A DNA stretch of 64,000 nucleotides from an uncultured Bacteroidales bacterium (GTDB taxonomy: Bacteria > Bacteroidota > Bacteroidia > Bacteroidales > ML635J-15): assembly GCA_964397745.1 (NCBI GenBank), contig CAYNKH010000001.1, positions 20,232 to 84,231 of the forward strand, read 5' to 3'. The notes under the pieces were generated by a model. The model ran no database searches and was not told where the DNA came from. It worked only from the letters and a program-made list of their open reading frames with translations. Positions 8,817 to 19,600 of the stretch are shown here, piece after piece. Within the stretch, counting starts at the first letter, position 1. Each line of letters begins with the position of its first letter. A program made the translations under genes and the position numbers.

Positions 8817-10508
8817 TTAAAAATCTATTTTTATTTCAATAATCTCTTCGTTTCTAATTATTTTTACTATGGTTTTTTGTCCAGGTTCAAATTCGGACAT
8901 AGCATGCATATATTCATAAATTCCGCCAATTTTTTTGTCTCCTAGTTGAATTATTTTATCTCCTTTTACAATTCCTGATTTATCGGCTACGCCGCCAGGA
9001 CTTATTCCGTCAACTCCTAAGCCGTCAGAGCCTCGTGAAGTCATATCGGGCATTATCCCAAGCTTTACTTTCATTTCTCCACCATGACGAGCTTTTTGTG
9101 ATTGTTCAGACTGGACAAAATTAAGCTTTAAATTTGCTTCTGCGAGCTCATTTATTAGTGAAATGGATAGATTTGTAATGCTTAATAATCCATCAAAGTT
9201 TATTTTATCAATGTCATCAAAAGGGGTATGATAGTCGGTGTGCATTCCTGTGCTAAAAAACATTACGGGTATCTTTTCTGAGTAAAATGAAGCTTGATCA
9301 GAACCAGAAAAACCTCCTCCACCTGCATTTATTTTCAAACTGTCTGATTGCAGTAAATTTAGAACAGAATCAAATTGGCTTGCACTTGTTGCTCCCATTA
9401 TGGACAATCCGGCATCTCCTAAGCGTCCTACCATATCATAATTTATCATACATTTAATTTTTGATATAGTATCAGGCATATTTAGCACAAAATATTTGCT
9501 GCCAAGCAAGCCCTGTTCTTCGGCACCGAAAAGTACGAAAGCTATATTTACTTCAGGACTGTGTTTTGAAAAATATTCTGCCAGCATCATAACAACTGCC
9601 ACACCCGAGGCGTTGTCGTCAGCACCATTGTGAATTTGATATAATTCTGGTTTTCTTGAGCCAGAGTCGTATCCGCCAAAGCCTAAATGATCGTAATGTG
9701 CTCCAATAACAATCCAATCGTCAGATGTTTTTGAATTGATAAACCCTGCAATATTATATGTTGTTCCGAGTTTTTCGCTTGTTTTGATACTCATCTCCAA
9801 ATTAAGAATTGGCTGTTTTGAAATTAAAAAATCAAAAAGAGAGGCATCGTATTTATTCCCAGAATATCCTTTTTGTCGCAATAATTCAGTTAGTGTATTT
9901 CTGCTTATCTGAATTACTGGTAAGGATAATTGTGACGAAGATCTATTATATATAAATGGATAAAATTCTGTGTTTGCTCCTAAGTCAGTATCGGCGACTA
10001 TGATTAATGCTCCAGCTCCTCGTTCGAGAGCCATAATTCCAATTTCTACCAGTGTCCGATATTGTGTTTTTTTATTTTCAGAATTTCCTAATCTGTACAA
10101 AATACATTTTCCATCAACAAACAAACTAGAATCTTGCAAGTCTTCAACATATACAATTTCTGTTGAAATTTCATCATTGCCAGTAAATGTAAAGGGGGTA
10201 TAATCTTGTTCGGCAATTAGTTCTTTGTTGTTAATTCTTAAAAATGAGCTGGAATTAAGTAAAATGCCTGTTGTAATTTCAAAATCTTGCAAATAAGTTG
10301 ACCAAAATTTGTTGAGACCGAATTTATCTAGTTTGGCACTTAAAAATTTTGCTGATTTTAAATCCTCGTGTGTGCCTGCAAGTCTTCCTTCAAGGCTATC
10401 GTTAGACAGTGTTTCAATTACATATTTTCCTGTTAAAATATTTTGTCCTTTGATGTTTCCTGTAAAAACAAAAAAGAATAAAATTGATAGAGTTAAAAAT
10501 AGTTTCAT
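8817..10508 (-). CDS. M28 family metallopeptidase with C-terminal PDZ domain, secreted
   Basis: Signal peptide MKLFLTLSILFFFVFTGNIKGQ. M28 motifs are GAHYDHLGFGG, GADDNASG and FGAEEQGLLGS. The PDZ-like C-terminus is GISPGGVADKSGIVKGDKIIQLGDKKI. Confidence 0.85.
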   Translation of the reverse strand: MKLFLTLSILFFFVFTGNIKGQNILTGKYVIETLSNDSLEGRLAGTHEDLKSAKFLSAKLDKFGLNKFWSTYLQDFEITTGILLNSSSFLRINNKELIAEQDYTPFTFTGNDEISTEIVYVEDLQDSSLFVDGKCILYRLGNSENKKTQYRTLVEIGIMALERGAGALIIVADTDLGANTEFYPFIYNRSSSQLSLPVIQISRNTLTELLRQKGYSGNKYDASLFDFLISKQPILNLEMSIKTSEKLGTTYNIAGFINSKTSDDWIVIGAHYDHLGFGGYDSGSRKPELYQIHNGADDNASGVAVVMMLAEYFSKHSPEVNIAFVLFGAEEQGLLGSKYFVLNMPDTISKIKCMINYDMVGRLGDAGLSIMGATSASQFDSVLNLLQSDSLKINAGGGGFSGSDQASFYSEKIPVMFFSTGMHTDYHTPFDDIDKINFDGLLSITNLSISLINELAEANLKLNFVQSEQSQKARHGGEMKVKLGIMPDMTSRGSDGLGVDGISPGGVADKSGIVKGDKIIQLGDKKIGGIYEYMHAMSEFEPGQKTIVKIIRNEEIIEIKIDF

Positions 10509-10590
10509 TTATTTTAATTTTTATTTATTTGTTGCGAATCAGCAAAATCTTAGAAACAAAACACATTATTAATACTTATGTTCATAGCAA

Positions 10591-10953
10591 CTAAGGTTCA
10601 ATAATCAGATTAAACACATTTTTTCGTTTGCTGCCTTCTGATTGCCAATTTAGGTCTTCTATTTTTGTTGTATCGCCACTTTGTATAAAGCTTATTGATT
10701 GCACTAATTTTAGAAAATCGGAAGAGTTGTTTTTGAATTTTAAGTTTTTGGATTGAAACACAAGCACTTTTTCTTCGGGTTCAGCAACTGTTTCAAATCC
10801 GCCGTTATCGGAAGTTAAGCACAAAATGACCATATCTTTGCCCGTGTTATTAGTGCAATAGAATTTTGTGTCAACCACTAAAGTCCCTGTTCCAATAAAG
10901 AGAGCCGATAGAGAAAATAAAATTCCAATTATTATTTTTATTGTTTTATTCAT
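10591..10953 (-). CDS. Hypothetical small secreted or membrane-anchored protein
   Basis: 120 aa with an N-terminal hydrophobic signal (IKIIIGILFSLSALFIGTG). I recognise no family motif. Confidence 0.5.
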   Translation of the reverse strand: MNKTIKIIIGILFSLSALFIGTGTLVVDTKFYCTNNTGKDMVILCLTSDNGGFETVAEPEEKVLVFQSKNLKFKNNSSDFLKLVQSISFIQSGDTTKIEDLNWQSEGSKRKNVFNLIIEP

Positions 10954-11052
10954 TTATTTTCAAAATTTTATCGACTAAGATAATATTAATTATCTTAGCA
11001 GGAATTATTTTTTAAATGAGTTTGGTTTTTAGTTGATTATTTATACTTGATA

Positions 11053-11631
11053 ATGATGAAGGATATTTGTGTTTTTTGCAGTTCTAGTGAAGATTTGAGT
11101 GAAGACTATTATGTTTTAGCTGACGAGTTGGGAGTTTTGCTAGGTAAGAATAAAATGGATTTGATACATGGTGCTGGTACAATTGGTTTGATGGGGGCTC
11201 TTATGAAATCGGCGGCAGCATCGGGTTGTTTTGTTACTGGCGTTGTGCCCGAAAGACTTAACCGCAAAAATATTGTCTCGGATAAATTGCAAAAACTTGT
11301 GGTAACAACCGACATGAAAGAGCGAAAAGAGTATATGCGGTCTCATTCGGATGCTTTTATTGCATTGCCCGGAGGTTTTGGTACTCTCGAGGAGCTTTTA
11401 GAAATAATTACGCTTAAACAACTAAAATATCACAGCAAACCAATTGTAATATTAAACTACAAGGGATTTTATGATAAACTACTTGAGCAATTTGAGGTTT
11501 TTTACAATGAAGATTTTGCAAACCCCTCGTATAGAGAGCTCTATTTTGTTGCTAAAACATCTACAGAAGCAATAGACTATATCAAAAAATATGTCCCTAA
11601 AAATATTTATGATAAATATTTAGGTGCATGA
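11053..11631 (+). CDS. LOG family protein (TIGR00730-type nucleotide 5'-monophosphate nucleosidase)
   Basis: It carries the PGGFGTLEEL motif plus GAGTIGLMG, and the length is typical at about 190 aa. The track ORF begins at TTG 11047. I prefer the ATG at 11053 or 11056. Confidence 0.85.
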   Translation: MMKDICVFCSSSEDLSEDYYVLADELGVLLGKNKMDLIHGAGTIGLMGALMKSAAASGCFVTGVVPERLNRKNIVSDKLQKLVVTTDMKERKEYMRSHSDAFIALPGGFGTLEELLEIITLKQLKYHSKPIVILNYKGFYDKLLEQFEVFYNEDFANPSYRELYFVAKTSTEAIDYIKKYVPKNIYDKYLGA

Positions 11632-11896
11632 TATGCAAGAGATTTTATTTTTATTGATAAATACTATTTTGTTGTGTTAGAATTAGATTGTTAGCCTGAA
11701 CTATTATCTTCGATGAGAACTTCGCCGTTAGTCGCAGAATTAAAACTATCTGCTTAAGCGACTATATATTTCTCGTAACGTAAAAACGATTGATGTGTTA
11801 CGAACCATTTTGGGTAAGATTCATATATTTGAAAAATACAGGGTAGATATGTCTGTAACTTGTAGTTGATTAATTTGTGAACTATGTTATCGTTTA

Positions 11897-14800
11897 TCAA
11901 TTATCAGTCTTTACCAATTTTACTCTCATTTCTGCAGAGTTTTTATCAGTTTTTAATGCAATAAAATACACACCTGATTGAAAATTACTAATATCTAAGC
12001 AGGTAATTAAATCATTTATATTTTGTTCTATTACAAGCTTACCAGTTATATCATAAACTTTAAGGTACTCGAAAAGTGTGTTTTCTTGCACAATGTTGAT
12101 AAAGTCTTTAGCAGGGTTAGGATAGATTTCGATACTTGAATGATATTCCTCAACACCAATACTTAGTAGCACATTAATATAGACTGTTGCATTTTCATTG
12201 TTATAGTTTAACACATCAGTAGGAGTAAATTCAACATTTAGTGCCTGATTATCTCCAACCTCAAGGATTGTGTTAAAATCTGGATTGTATGCAAAACTTC
12301 CAGCTATATTTGCCGATGCATTTAGTTGAGTTGCTGACAATTCTGTTCCGTAATAAATGTCTGCTGGATTTTCCCAAGTAATTATTGGTGTTGCTTTAGT
12401 TATTTCAAAATTATCAGGATTATAAATAATATCATAATTATTGTTTATATTTAAATCTCCTTGTAGTATTGCGTATAATCCTGCATTTTCACCAGCCTCA
12501 CGAGTAAGTTCTCCGGTGAAATTATCATCTCCAATTAAAGAACCTGAAACTGTATAAGTAAATTCTGCAGGGTCAGCTTCTCCATATATTTTTGATTGAT
12601 TTGCATCGGCAGTTATCGAAATAGATTTTGGTGTTATTTCAAAATCATCAGAATTATAAATAATATCATAATTATTGTTTACACTTAAATCTCCTTGTAG
12701 TATTGCGTATAATCCTGCATTTTCACCAGCCTCACGAGTAAGTTCTCCTGTAAAATTATCACTTCCAATTAAAGAACCTGAAACGGTATAAGTAAATTCT
12801 GTAGGGTCAGCTTCTCCATATATTTTTGATTGATTTGCATCGGCAGTTACGGTAATAGGTTTTTGAGTTATTTCAAAATTATTTGGATAATATGTTATAT
12901 TATAATTATTGCTTAAACTTAAGCTGCCTTGCTGGATTTCATAATTTCCAACATCTTCTCCCGAAACTCGTGTTAAGTTTCCTGCAAAGCTATCACCAAC
13001 GGCTAAAGTTCCTGTATATTCGTATGTGTATTGAGCAGGATCTGCATTTCCATAAATTTTAGTTTGTCCAGCATCTGCAGTAACACTAATTTCTCCTTGT
13101 AAAATCTCAAACATATCGCCATTATAAATAATTATGTAATTTGGACTTATCCACAAGCTTCCTTGCAATATATTGTATGTGCCAACAGTTTCGCCCGATT
13201 CTCTTGTTAAAGCTCCTGAAAAATTATCGCCGCTTGCAAGAGTTCCTGTGTATGTATAGGTGTATGCAGGATTTGCTTCTCCATAATATTTTGTTTGATT
13301 AGGATCGGCAGTTACTGTAATTGATTTTTGCGTAATTTCAAAATCGGCTCCCATAAAGTAAGTATTGTAATTTGAGTTAAGAGCGAGATTTCCTTGGTTT
13401 ATTGCATATTCTCCAACAAATTCGCCTTCCTCACGTTCGAGTGCTCCTGTAAAACTATCCCACGGAGCGATAGGAGAAGATGTTGTAAAAGTAAATTCTG
13501 GATCATCATCTCCATATTCTTTAGATTGGTTTTCATCAACCATTATCCACAAACCTTTAGCTTTAATTTCAAAGTCAGCAGTAGCAAAACTTAAATTATA
13601 ATTGGACCCAAGACTTAATGTCCCTTGTGTTATTGCATAAAAACCAAGACTCTCGCCAGCAACTCTGCTTAATTCTCCTGTAAATTCGTCTCCAGATATT
13701 GGTGAGGGTAAGGCAGAGTAAGTAAGTATAGGGTCTTCATCACCATAAGCTTTAAACTGACCACCAATAACATTTACTGTTATTGGTTTAGCAGTAATTT
13801 CAAAATTCTCATCTGCAAGCGACATTATATAATTACTGCCAGCACTTAATGTGCCTATTGTAATTGCATAAAGACCAGCATCTTCGCCAGCTTCTCTGCT
13901 TAGTAGCCCAGTAAATGTATCTCCCGATGCAAGAGCAGGATTGGTACTATATGTAAATACACTAGGATCCGTTGTTCCATATATTTTAGTTTGACCAGCA
14001 GTAGGTGTTACAGTAATTGTTTTAGCAATAATTTCAAAATCATTACTTGTAAAATCAATTATGTAATTTGAACCTAAGCTTAATGTTCCCTGTTGAATTT
14101 CATAAAACCCTGCATCTTCACCTGTTACTCTGCTGATAGAACCTGTAAAAGCATCTCCTCCAATTAAATTAGGAGTGAAAGAATATGTTAATCCAGGATC
14201 TGTTTCCCCATAAATTTTAGATTGACCAGCATCTGCGGTTACATATATAGTACGTTCAATAATTGCAAAATTGTTTGTAATAAAGCTAATTTCATAATTT
14301 GGTCCAGCACTAAGAGTTCCTATTAAAATTTCATACAGACCAACAGTTTCACCTCCGTTACGAGAAAGTGTTCCAAAGAAATTATCTCCAGTTTCTAGAC
14401 TTCCAACAGTTACGGTATAATTTAATACAGGATCTGAATCTCCATATTCTTTTGTTTGACCTGCATCTGCAGTTACGGTAATAGCTTTTTTATTAACAAT
14501 TAAAGTTTGAGATAATTGAGGAGCTGCTAAATAAGTTTCATTTCCTGGCTGATTTGCATAAATCTCACAAGAACCTGCACTAATAATTGTAATAGTTGAG
14601 CCATTTGTACCACCACACATTGCAATATTATTATCAGAACTTGTAAAAATCACATCTAAACCTGAACTTGCATTTGCAGAAACAATAAAATCATTATCTC
14701 CATAAGTTTTAGCAGCAATAGGATTGAAGTTGCTTATTGTTTGAGGCATTTTATTACCTGTTCCAGTAATTGTAAAATGATACGGATTTTCATCATAATC

Positions 14801-16432
14801 ATTATTTGAAATATTAATTTCGGCAGTATGTAAACCCGAAAATGAGGGTGTAAAAATTATTGTAAATGTTGTTGAGCCACCTGGAACAACAGGCGAACTT
14901 GTGGCAGTTTGATTAATTATAAAATCAGCAGCATTGGTGCCAGAAATTACGATTTTTGGTGTTCCGTCAAGTATAAGATTGTCCACACCTGTATTTTCGA
15001 TTGTAAAAGTTAATTCAGCGCTACTACTCCCATAAACAACATTTCCAAAATCGAAAGTTCCCTCATTAGGGATTTGTGTCGCCTCTTGATATACGTTTAT
15101 TTCACGACAATTATGAAAAAAATACGAAGCACCAGCTTCTGGTCTGTTGTTATTCCCTTCGGCATCATAATCTTGATTCATTGCTCCTGTCAGAATAAAA
15201 CTATTACTTATCGCAACATCGCATCCAAAAAAATCTGCAGGAGTACGATCAAGGCTTACAATTTTTTGTTCTTGTGTCCAGTCAGCTCCATCGTAATAAT
15301 ATATGTATGATGAGCCAGCGGAATTTAATTCGTTTAATCCATTTTCATCATGATCTTCCAAATAAGCTCCTATAATTATATAATCTCCGTCAATATCTAC
15401 AGCACATCCAAACCTATCGCTTTCCTGTCTATCGGAGGCTATAATTTTCGAGTGAAACGTAAGACTTGCACCAGCACCAGGGTTGGAATAAATATATGCC
15501 GAGCCAACATTGGATAGAGATTCGCTTGCACCTTCTCCATAAGCACCAATAATAGCAAAATTATCGTTAATTGCTACATCATATCCAAAAAAACTTTGCG
15601 TTGTTGGTACAGGAGCAAGAAGTTTTGAGATTTGTGACCAAGTGCTACCGTTATAATAAAATACATAAGCCGCACCAGCCGAAAGAAATGTGTTTTCATG
15701 CTTATTATAAGCTCCTGCAATAATATAATTTCCCCAAAGATCAATCGAAAAACCAAAATAATTTTGAGTAGCTCTATCTGACGCAACAATTTTTTGAGTT
15801 TGTGTCCAATTAGTACCATTGTTTTTAAAAACATACATAGAACCTGCACTAGTTAAATTGTTAGCACCACTTACGTCTTCATCTTCGTTAAATGCACCGA
15901 CAACAATAAAATCTCCATCTATTGCAACAGATTGGCCAAAGTAATCGCCGTCAAAACGATCTGATGCAACTATTTTTTGAACTTCTGTCCAAGTACCAGC
16001 ATTATTATAAAAAACATAAGCCGAACCAGCATCCGTTTTAGCATCTGTACCTACAGCATCATGGTCTTCTTTCCATGCACCAACAACGGCATAATCTCCA
16101 TTAATATCAACCGAATAACCAAAATTATCTCCTGCACCACGATCAGAAGCAACAACTTTCTGTATTTCGACCCAAGTGCCACCTGTGTTCTGTAAAATAT
16201 AGGCTGCTCCAGCTTCTAACAATGTAGTACCGCCACCTGAGGCATCTTTATCTTGCCCCCAAGCTCCAACGATTGCAAAATCACCATCTATCGCCACTGA
16301 TTTGCCGTAATAATCTTGTGCATTCCTGTCAGAGGCCGATGCTTTAACAATTTGATCCCAGTTTTGAGCATAAGAACGCCCCGAAAACATGAATATAACG
16401 ATGATAATGAAAAAAAGGCTTGTCGTTTTCAT
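11897..16432 (-). CDS. Giant T9SS-sorted adhesin-like protein: seven-blade FG-GAP propeller, ASH/choice-of-anchor-D-like Ig domain, 9 MBG (YGx) repeats, Por C-terminal domain
   Basis: 1511 aa with a signal peptide. There are seven FG-GAP-like blades (YFGxSVAIDGDFAIVGA...AGAAYVF). An Ig domain reads TFDFGNVVYGSSSAELTFTIENTG...ISNNDYDENPY. Nine ~78-aa repeats have the form ITVTADAGQxKxYGxxDP...G.Y.I..G.L....NY.I. The C-terminus is IEIYPNPAKDFINIV...GVYFIALKTD. Confidence 0.9.
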   Translation of the reverse strand: MKTTSLFFIIIVIFMFSGRSYAQNWDQIVKASASDRNAQDYYGKSVAIDGDFAIVGAWGQDKDASGGGTTLLEAGAAYILQNTGGTWVEIQKVVASDRGAGDNFGYSVDINGDYAVVGAWKEDHDAVGTDAKTDAGSAYVFYNNAGTWTEVQKIVASDRFDGDYFGQSVAIDGDFIVVGAFNEDEDVSGANNLTSAGSMYVFKNNGTNWTQTQKIVASDRATQNYFGFSIDLWGNYIIAGAYNKHENTFLSAGAAYVFYYNGSTWSQISKLLAPVPTTQSFFGYDVAINDNFAIIGAYGEGASESLSNVGSAYIYSNPGAGASLTFHSKIIASDRQESDRFGCAVDIDGDYIIIGAYLEDHDENGLNELNSAGSSYIYYYDGADWTQEQKIVSLDRTPADFFGCDVAISNSFILTGAMNQDYDAEGNNNRPEAGASYFFHNCREINVYQEATQIPNEGTFDFGNVVYGSSSAELTFTIENTGVDNLILDGTPKIVISGTNAADFIINQTATSSPVVPGGSTTFTIIFTPSFSGLHTAEINISNNDYDENPYHFTITGTGNKMPQTISNFNPIAAKTYGDNDFIVSANASSGLDVIFTSSDNNIAMCGGTNGSTITIISAGSCEIYANQPGNETYLAAPQLSQTLIVNKKAITVTADAGQTKEYGDSDPVLNYTVTVGSLETGDNFFGTLSRNGGETVGLYEILIGTLSAGPNYEISFITNNFAIIERTIYVTADAGQSKIYGETDPGLTYSFTPNLIGGDAFTGSISRVTGEDAGFYEIQQGTLSLGSNYIIDFTSNDFEIIAKTITVTPTAGQTKIYGTTDPSVFTYSTNPALASGDTFTGLLSREAGEDAGLYAITIGTLSAGSNYIMSLADENFEITAKPITVNVIGGQFKAYGDEDPILTYSALPSPISGDEFTGELSRVAGESLGFYAITQGTLSLGSNYNLSFATADFEIKAKGLWIMVDENQSKEYGDDDPEFTFTTSSPIAPWDSFTGALEREEGEFVGEYAINQGNLALNSNYNTYFMGADFEITQKSITVTADPNQTKYYGEANPAYTYTYTGTLASGDNFSGALTRESGETVGTYNILQGSLWISPNYIIIYNGDMFEILQGEISVTADAGQTKIYGNADPAQYTYEYTGTLAVGDSFAGNLTRVSGEDVGNYEIQQGSLSLSNNYNITYYPNNFEITQKPITVTADANQSKIYGEADPTEFTYTVSGSLIGSDNFTGELTREAGENAGLYAILQGDLSVNNNYDIIYNSDDFEITPKSISITADANQSKIYGEADPAEFTYTVSGSLIGDDNFTGELTREAGENAGLYAILQGDLNINNNYDIIYNPDNFEITKATPIITWENPADIYYGTELSATQLNASANIAGSFAYNPDFNTILEVGDNQALNVEFTPTDVLNYNNENATVYINVLLSIGVEEYHSSIEIYPNPAKDFINIVQENTLFEYLKVYDITGKLVIEQNINDLITCLDISNFQSGVYFIALKTDKNSAEMRVKLVKTDN
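12401..14490 (-). repeat. Tandem 234-bp coding repeat array (9 MBG units)
   Basis: The TATTTC unit boundaries at 12401, 12635 and 12869 give a 234-bp (78-codon) period. Units 12401-12634 and 12635-12868 differ at only about 18 of 234 positions in my hand alignment. Other units are much more diverged. Confidence 0.85.
15554..16371 (-). repeat. 818-bp tract identical to 20051-20868 (copy 1)
   Basis: A line-by-line comparison shows identity at a constant offset of 4497 bp. The identical spurious ORFs in the track support this (15574-15849 equals 20071-20346; 15977-16195 equals 20474-20692). Confidence 0.9.
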
Positions 16433-16509
16433 AATAATAACGTTTTAAAAAACAATGTGTTTATTCGTTTTATAATAACAATGTAAATCTAAATTTAATT
16501 ATAACTACA

Positions 16510-16517
16510 CAAATATA
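16510..16517 (-). promoter_or_regulatory. Candidate -7 box (TATATTTG) for adhesin paralog 1
   Basis: The minus strand reads cTTATATTTGtg, about 78 nt upstream of the ATG at 16432. The same octamer is found upstream of paralog 2. Confidence 0.4.
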
Positions 16518-16621
16518 AGTTTTTTTGTCTGAATTTACACATTACTTTGTAATTTAATGTTTAATTTCCATCTAATAATATCAATTATTAATAAATTGAT
16601 TAAGTGAGAATAGGTAACAGT

Positions 16622-19600
16622 TTAATAATTGTCAGTTTTTACCAATTTAACTCTTATTTCTGCAGATGAGTTATCAGTTTTTAATGCAATAAAATACACT
16701 CCTGATGGTAAATTACTAATATCTAAACAGGTAATTAAAGCATCTAAGTTTTGTTCTATTACAATCTTACCTGTTATATCATAAACTTTAAGATGTTTGA
16801 AAAGTGTGTTTCCCTGCATAATATTGACATAGTCTTTGGCGGGGTTAGGATAGACTTCTATGCTTGAACGATACTCAGTAATATTACTATTAAGGAGTAC
16901 GTTAATATAAGCTGTTGCATTTGCATTGTTGTAATTAAAATAATTGTCTGGGATGAACTCAACATTTAACGCCTGATTATCTCCAACCTCAAGGATTGTG
17001 CTAAAATCTGGAATGTAATAAAAGTTTCCAGATATATTTGCTGATGCATTAAGCTGGTTTTCAGTTAGTTCAGTCCCATAATAAATGTCTGCTGGATTTT
17101 CCCAAGTAATTATTGGTGTTGCTTTTGTTATTTCAAAATTATCTGAAATATATGAAATAGCATAGTTGTTGTTTAGATTTAAATTTCCTTGTAATATTTG
17201 ATAAAACCCAACATTATCGCCTGTTTCACGTGTGAGCTCTCCTGTAAAACTATCGCCTCCAATTAAAGAACCCAAAACGGTATAAGTAAATTCTGTAGGG
17301 TCATCTTCTCCAAATACTTTTGATTGATTTGCATCAGCAGTTACGTTAATGGGTTTTTGAGTTATTTCAAAATTATTTGGATAATATGTTATGTTGTAAT
17401 TATTGTTTAGGCTTAAGCTACCTTGCTGGATTTCATAATTTCCTACGTTTTCGCCAGCCTCACGAGTAAGTTCTCCTGTAAAAATGTCAAAAATGAATAA
17501 ATCCCCTGTATATGTGTAAGTGTATTCAGTTGGGTTAGCATCTCCGTAGGTTTTGGTTTGCCCAGCATTTGCGAAAACACTAATTTCTTCGTGTAAAATC
17601 TCGAATACATCATCATTATATATAATTTGATAATTTGGATTTACCCACAAGCTTGCTTGTAATATGTTGTATGTGCCAACATCTTCGCCCGATTGTCTTT
17701 CTAAATTTCCTGAAAAACCATCTCCATTTTGGAGTGTTCCTGTATATGAGTAAGTGTATGCATCTGGATTTGGCTCACCATAATATTTTGATTGGTTAGG
17801 ATCGACAGTTACTGTAATTATTTTTCGGGTAATTTCAAACTCTTCTTCCATAAATACGATGCTATAATTTGAGTTAAGAGCGAGACTACCTTGGGTTATC
17901 ATATAAGCTCCAACATCTTCGCCTGGTACACGTGCAAGTTCGCCAGTAAAATTGTCTCCCAATGCGAGCGATGAGTTTATTGTATAAGTAAATACTGGAT
18001 CATCATCTCCATATTCTTTAGATTGGTTCGGATCAACTTGTACCGATAAGCCTTTTACTTTAATTTCAAAACTGGCAGCAGTAAAGTTTAAATTGTAGTT
18101 CGACCCAAGGCTTAATGTGCCTTGTGTTATAGCATAAAAACCTAGACTTTCTCCAGGTGCTCTGCTTAACTCACCAGTTAATTCGTCTTCGTTTGCTAAT
18201 GTTCCCATTAACCAATAAGCAAATGTAGGATCGGTATCACCATAAAGTTTACTTTGGTCAGGATAAACAACTATTGTAATTGGTCTAGCAATAATTTCAA
18301 AAACTTCATCTACAAACGTCAATATATAATTATCTCCAGCATCTAATGTGCCAAGTGTAATTGCATAAAAACCAACATCTTCACCAGCTACCCTTTCGAG
18401 TGCTCCAGTAAAAGTGTCTCCTTGTACAAGAGCTGGATAAATGCTATAAACAAATGCAGAAGGGTCTGTTGTTCCATAGGTTTTAGATTGGGTAGAATTG
18501 GGTGTAATCGTAATTGTTTTAGCAATAATTTCAAAATCATTACTTATAAAATCAATTATGTAATTAGAATTTAAGCTTAATGTTCCTTGTTGAATTTCGT
18601 AATTTCCTATATTTTCACCAGATACTCTTATTATTGAACCACTAAAAGCATCTCCGTCAATTATATTAGGATAATATGAATAAGTTAGTGTTGGATCTGA
18701 TTGTCCATAAATTTTAGATTGACCAACATCTGCGGTTACATATATAGTGCGTTCAATAATTGCAAAATCGTCTGTAATAAAGCTAATTTCATAATTTGGA
18801 CCAGCACTCAGATCCCCAATCAGAATTTCATACAGACCAACAGTTTCACCAGCGACACGTGTAAGTGCTCCAGAGAAATCATCTCCAGTTTCCAAACCTT
18901 CTGGACTCACAGTATAAGTTAACACAGGATCTATTTCACCGTAGTCTTTTGTTTGTCCTGCATCAGCAGTTACAGTAATAATTTTTTTATTAACAATTAG
19001 GGTTTGACTATCTTGTGGAGCTGCTAAGTAAATTCCATTACCTGGTTGATTTGCGTAAATCTCGCAAGAACCTACACCTGTGATTGTAATATTTGAGCCA
19101 TTAGTCCCTCCACAAATTGCGATATTGTTATCTGAGCTAGTAAAAATTACATCTAAACCTGAGCTTGCCGTTGCAGAAACAATAAAATCGTCGTCTCCAT
19201 AAGTTTTAACATCAATTGGGTTAAATTCACTTATTGTTTGCGGTATTTTAGCTCCTATTCCGATAATTGTAAACACAAATGGATTTTCATCATAATCATT
19301 ATTTGAAATTTTAATTTCGGCAGTATGTAAGCCTATAAATGATGGTGTGAAAATTATTGTAAACGTTGTTGTCCCACCTGGTATAACAGGCGAGCTTGTG
19401 GCTGATTGATTAAGTGCAAAATCAGTAGCATTGGTTCCATAGATTTCAATTATTGGTATTCCGTCAAGTATAAGATTATCCATACCAGTGTTTTCTATTG
19501 TAAAAATTAATTCTGGACTACTACTACCAATCTCAATATGCCCAAAATCGAAAGTTCCTTTTTTTTCAATTTCTGTTGTATCTTGATATACAAAAATCTC

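Noticed and set aside
12401-18990. Regularly spaced repeats that might have been a CRISPR array
   Set aside because: The period is 234 bp with no short unique spacers. The repeats are in-frame protein units (MBG domains) inside long ORFs. There are no cas genes in the window.
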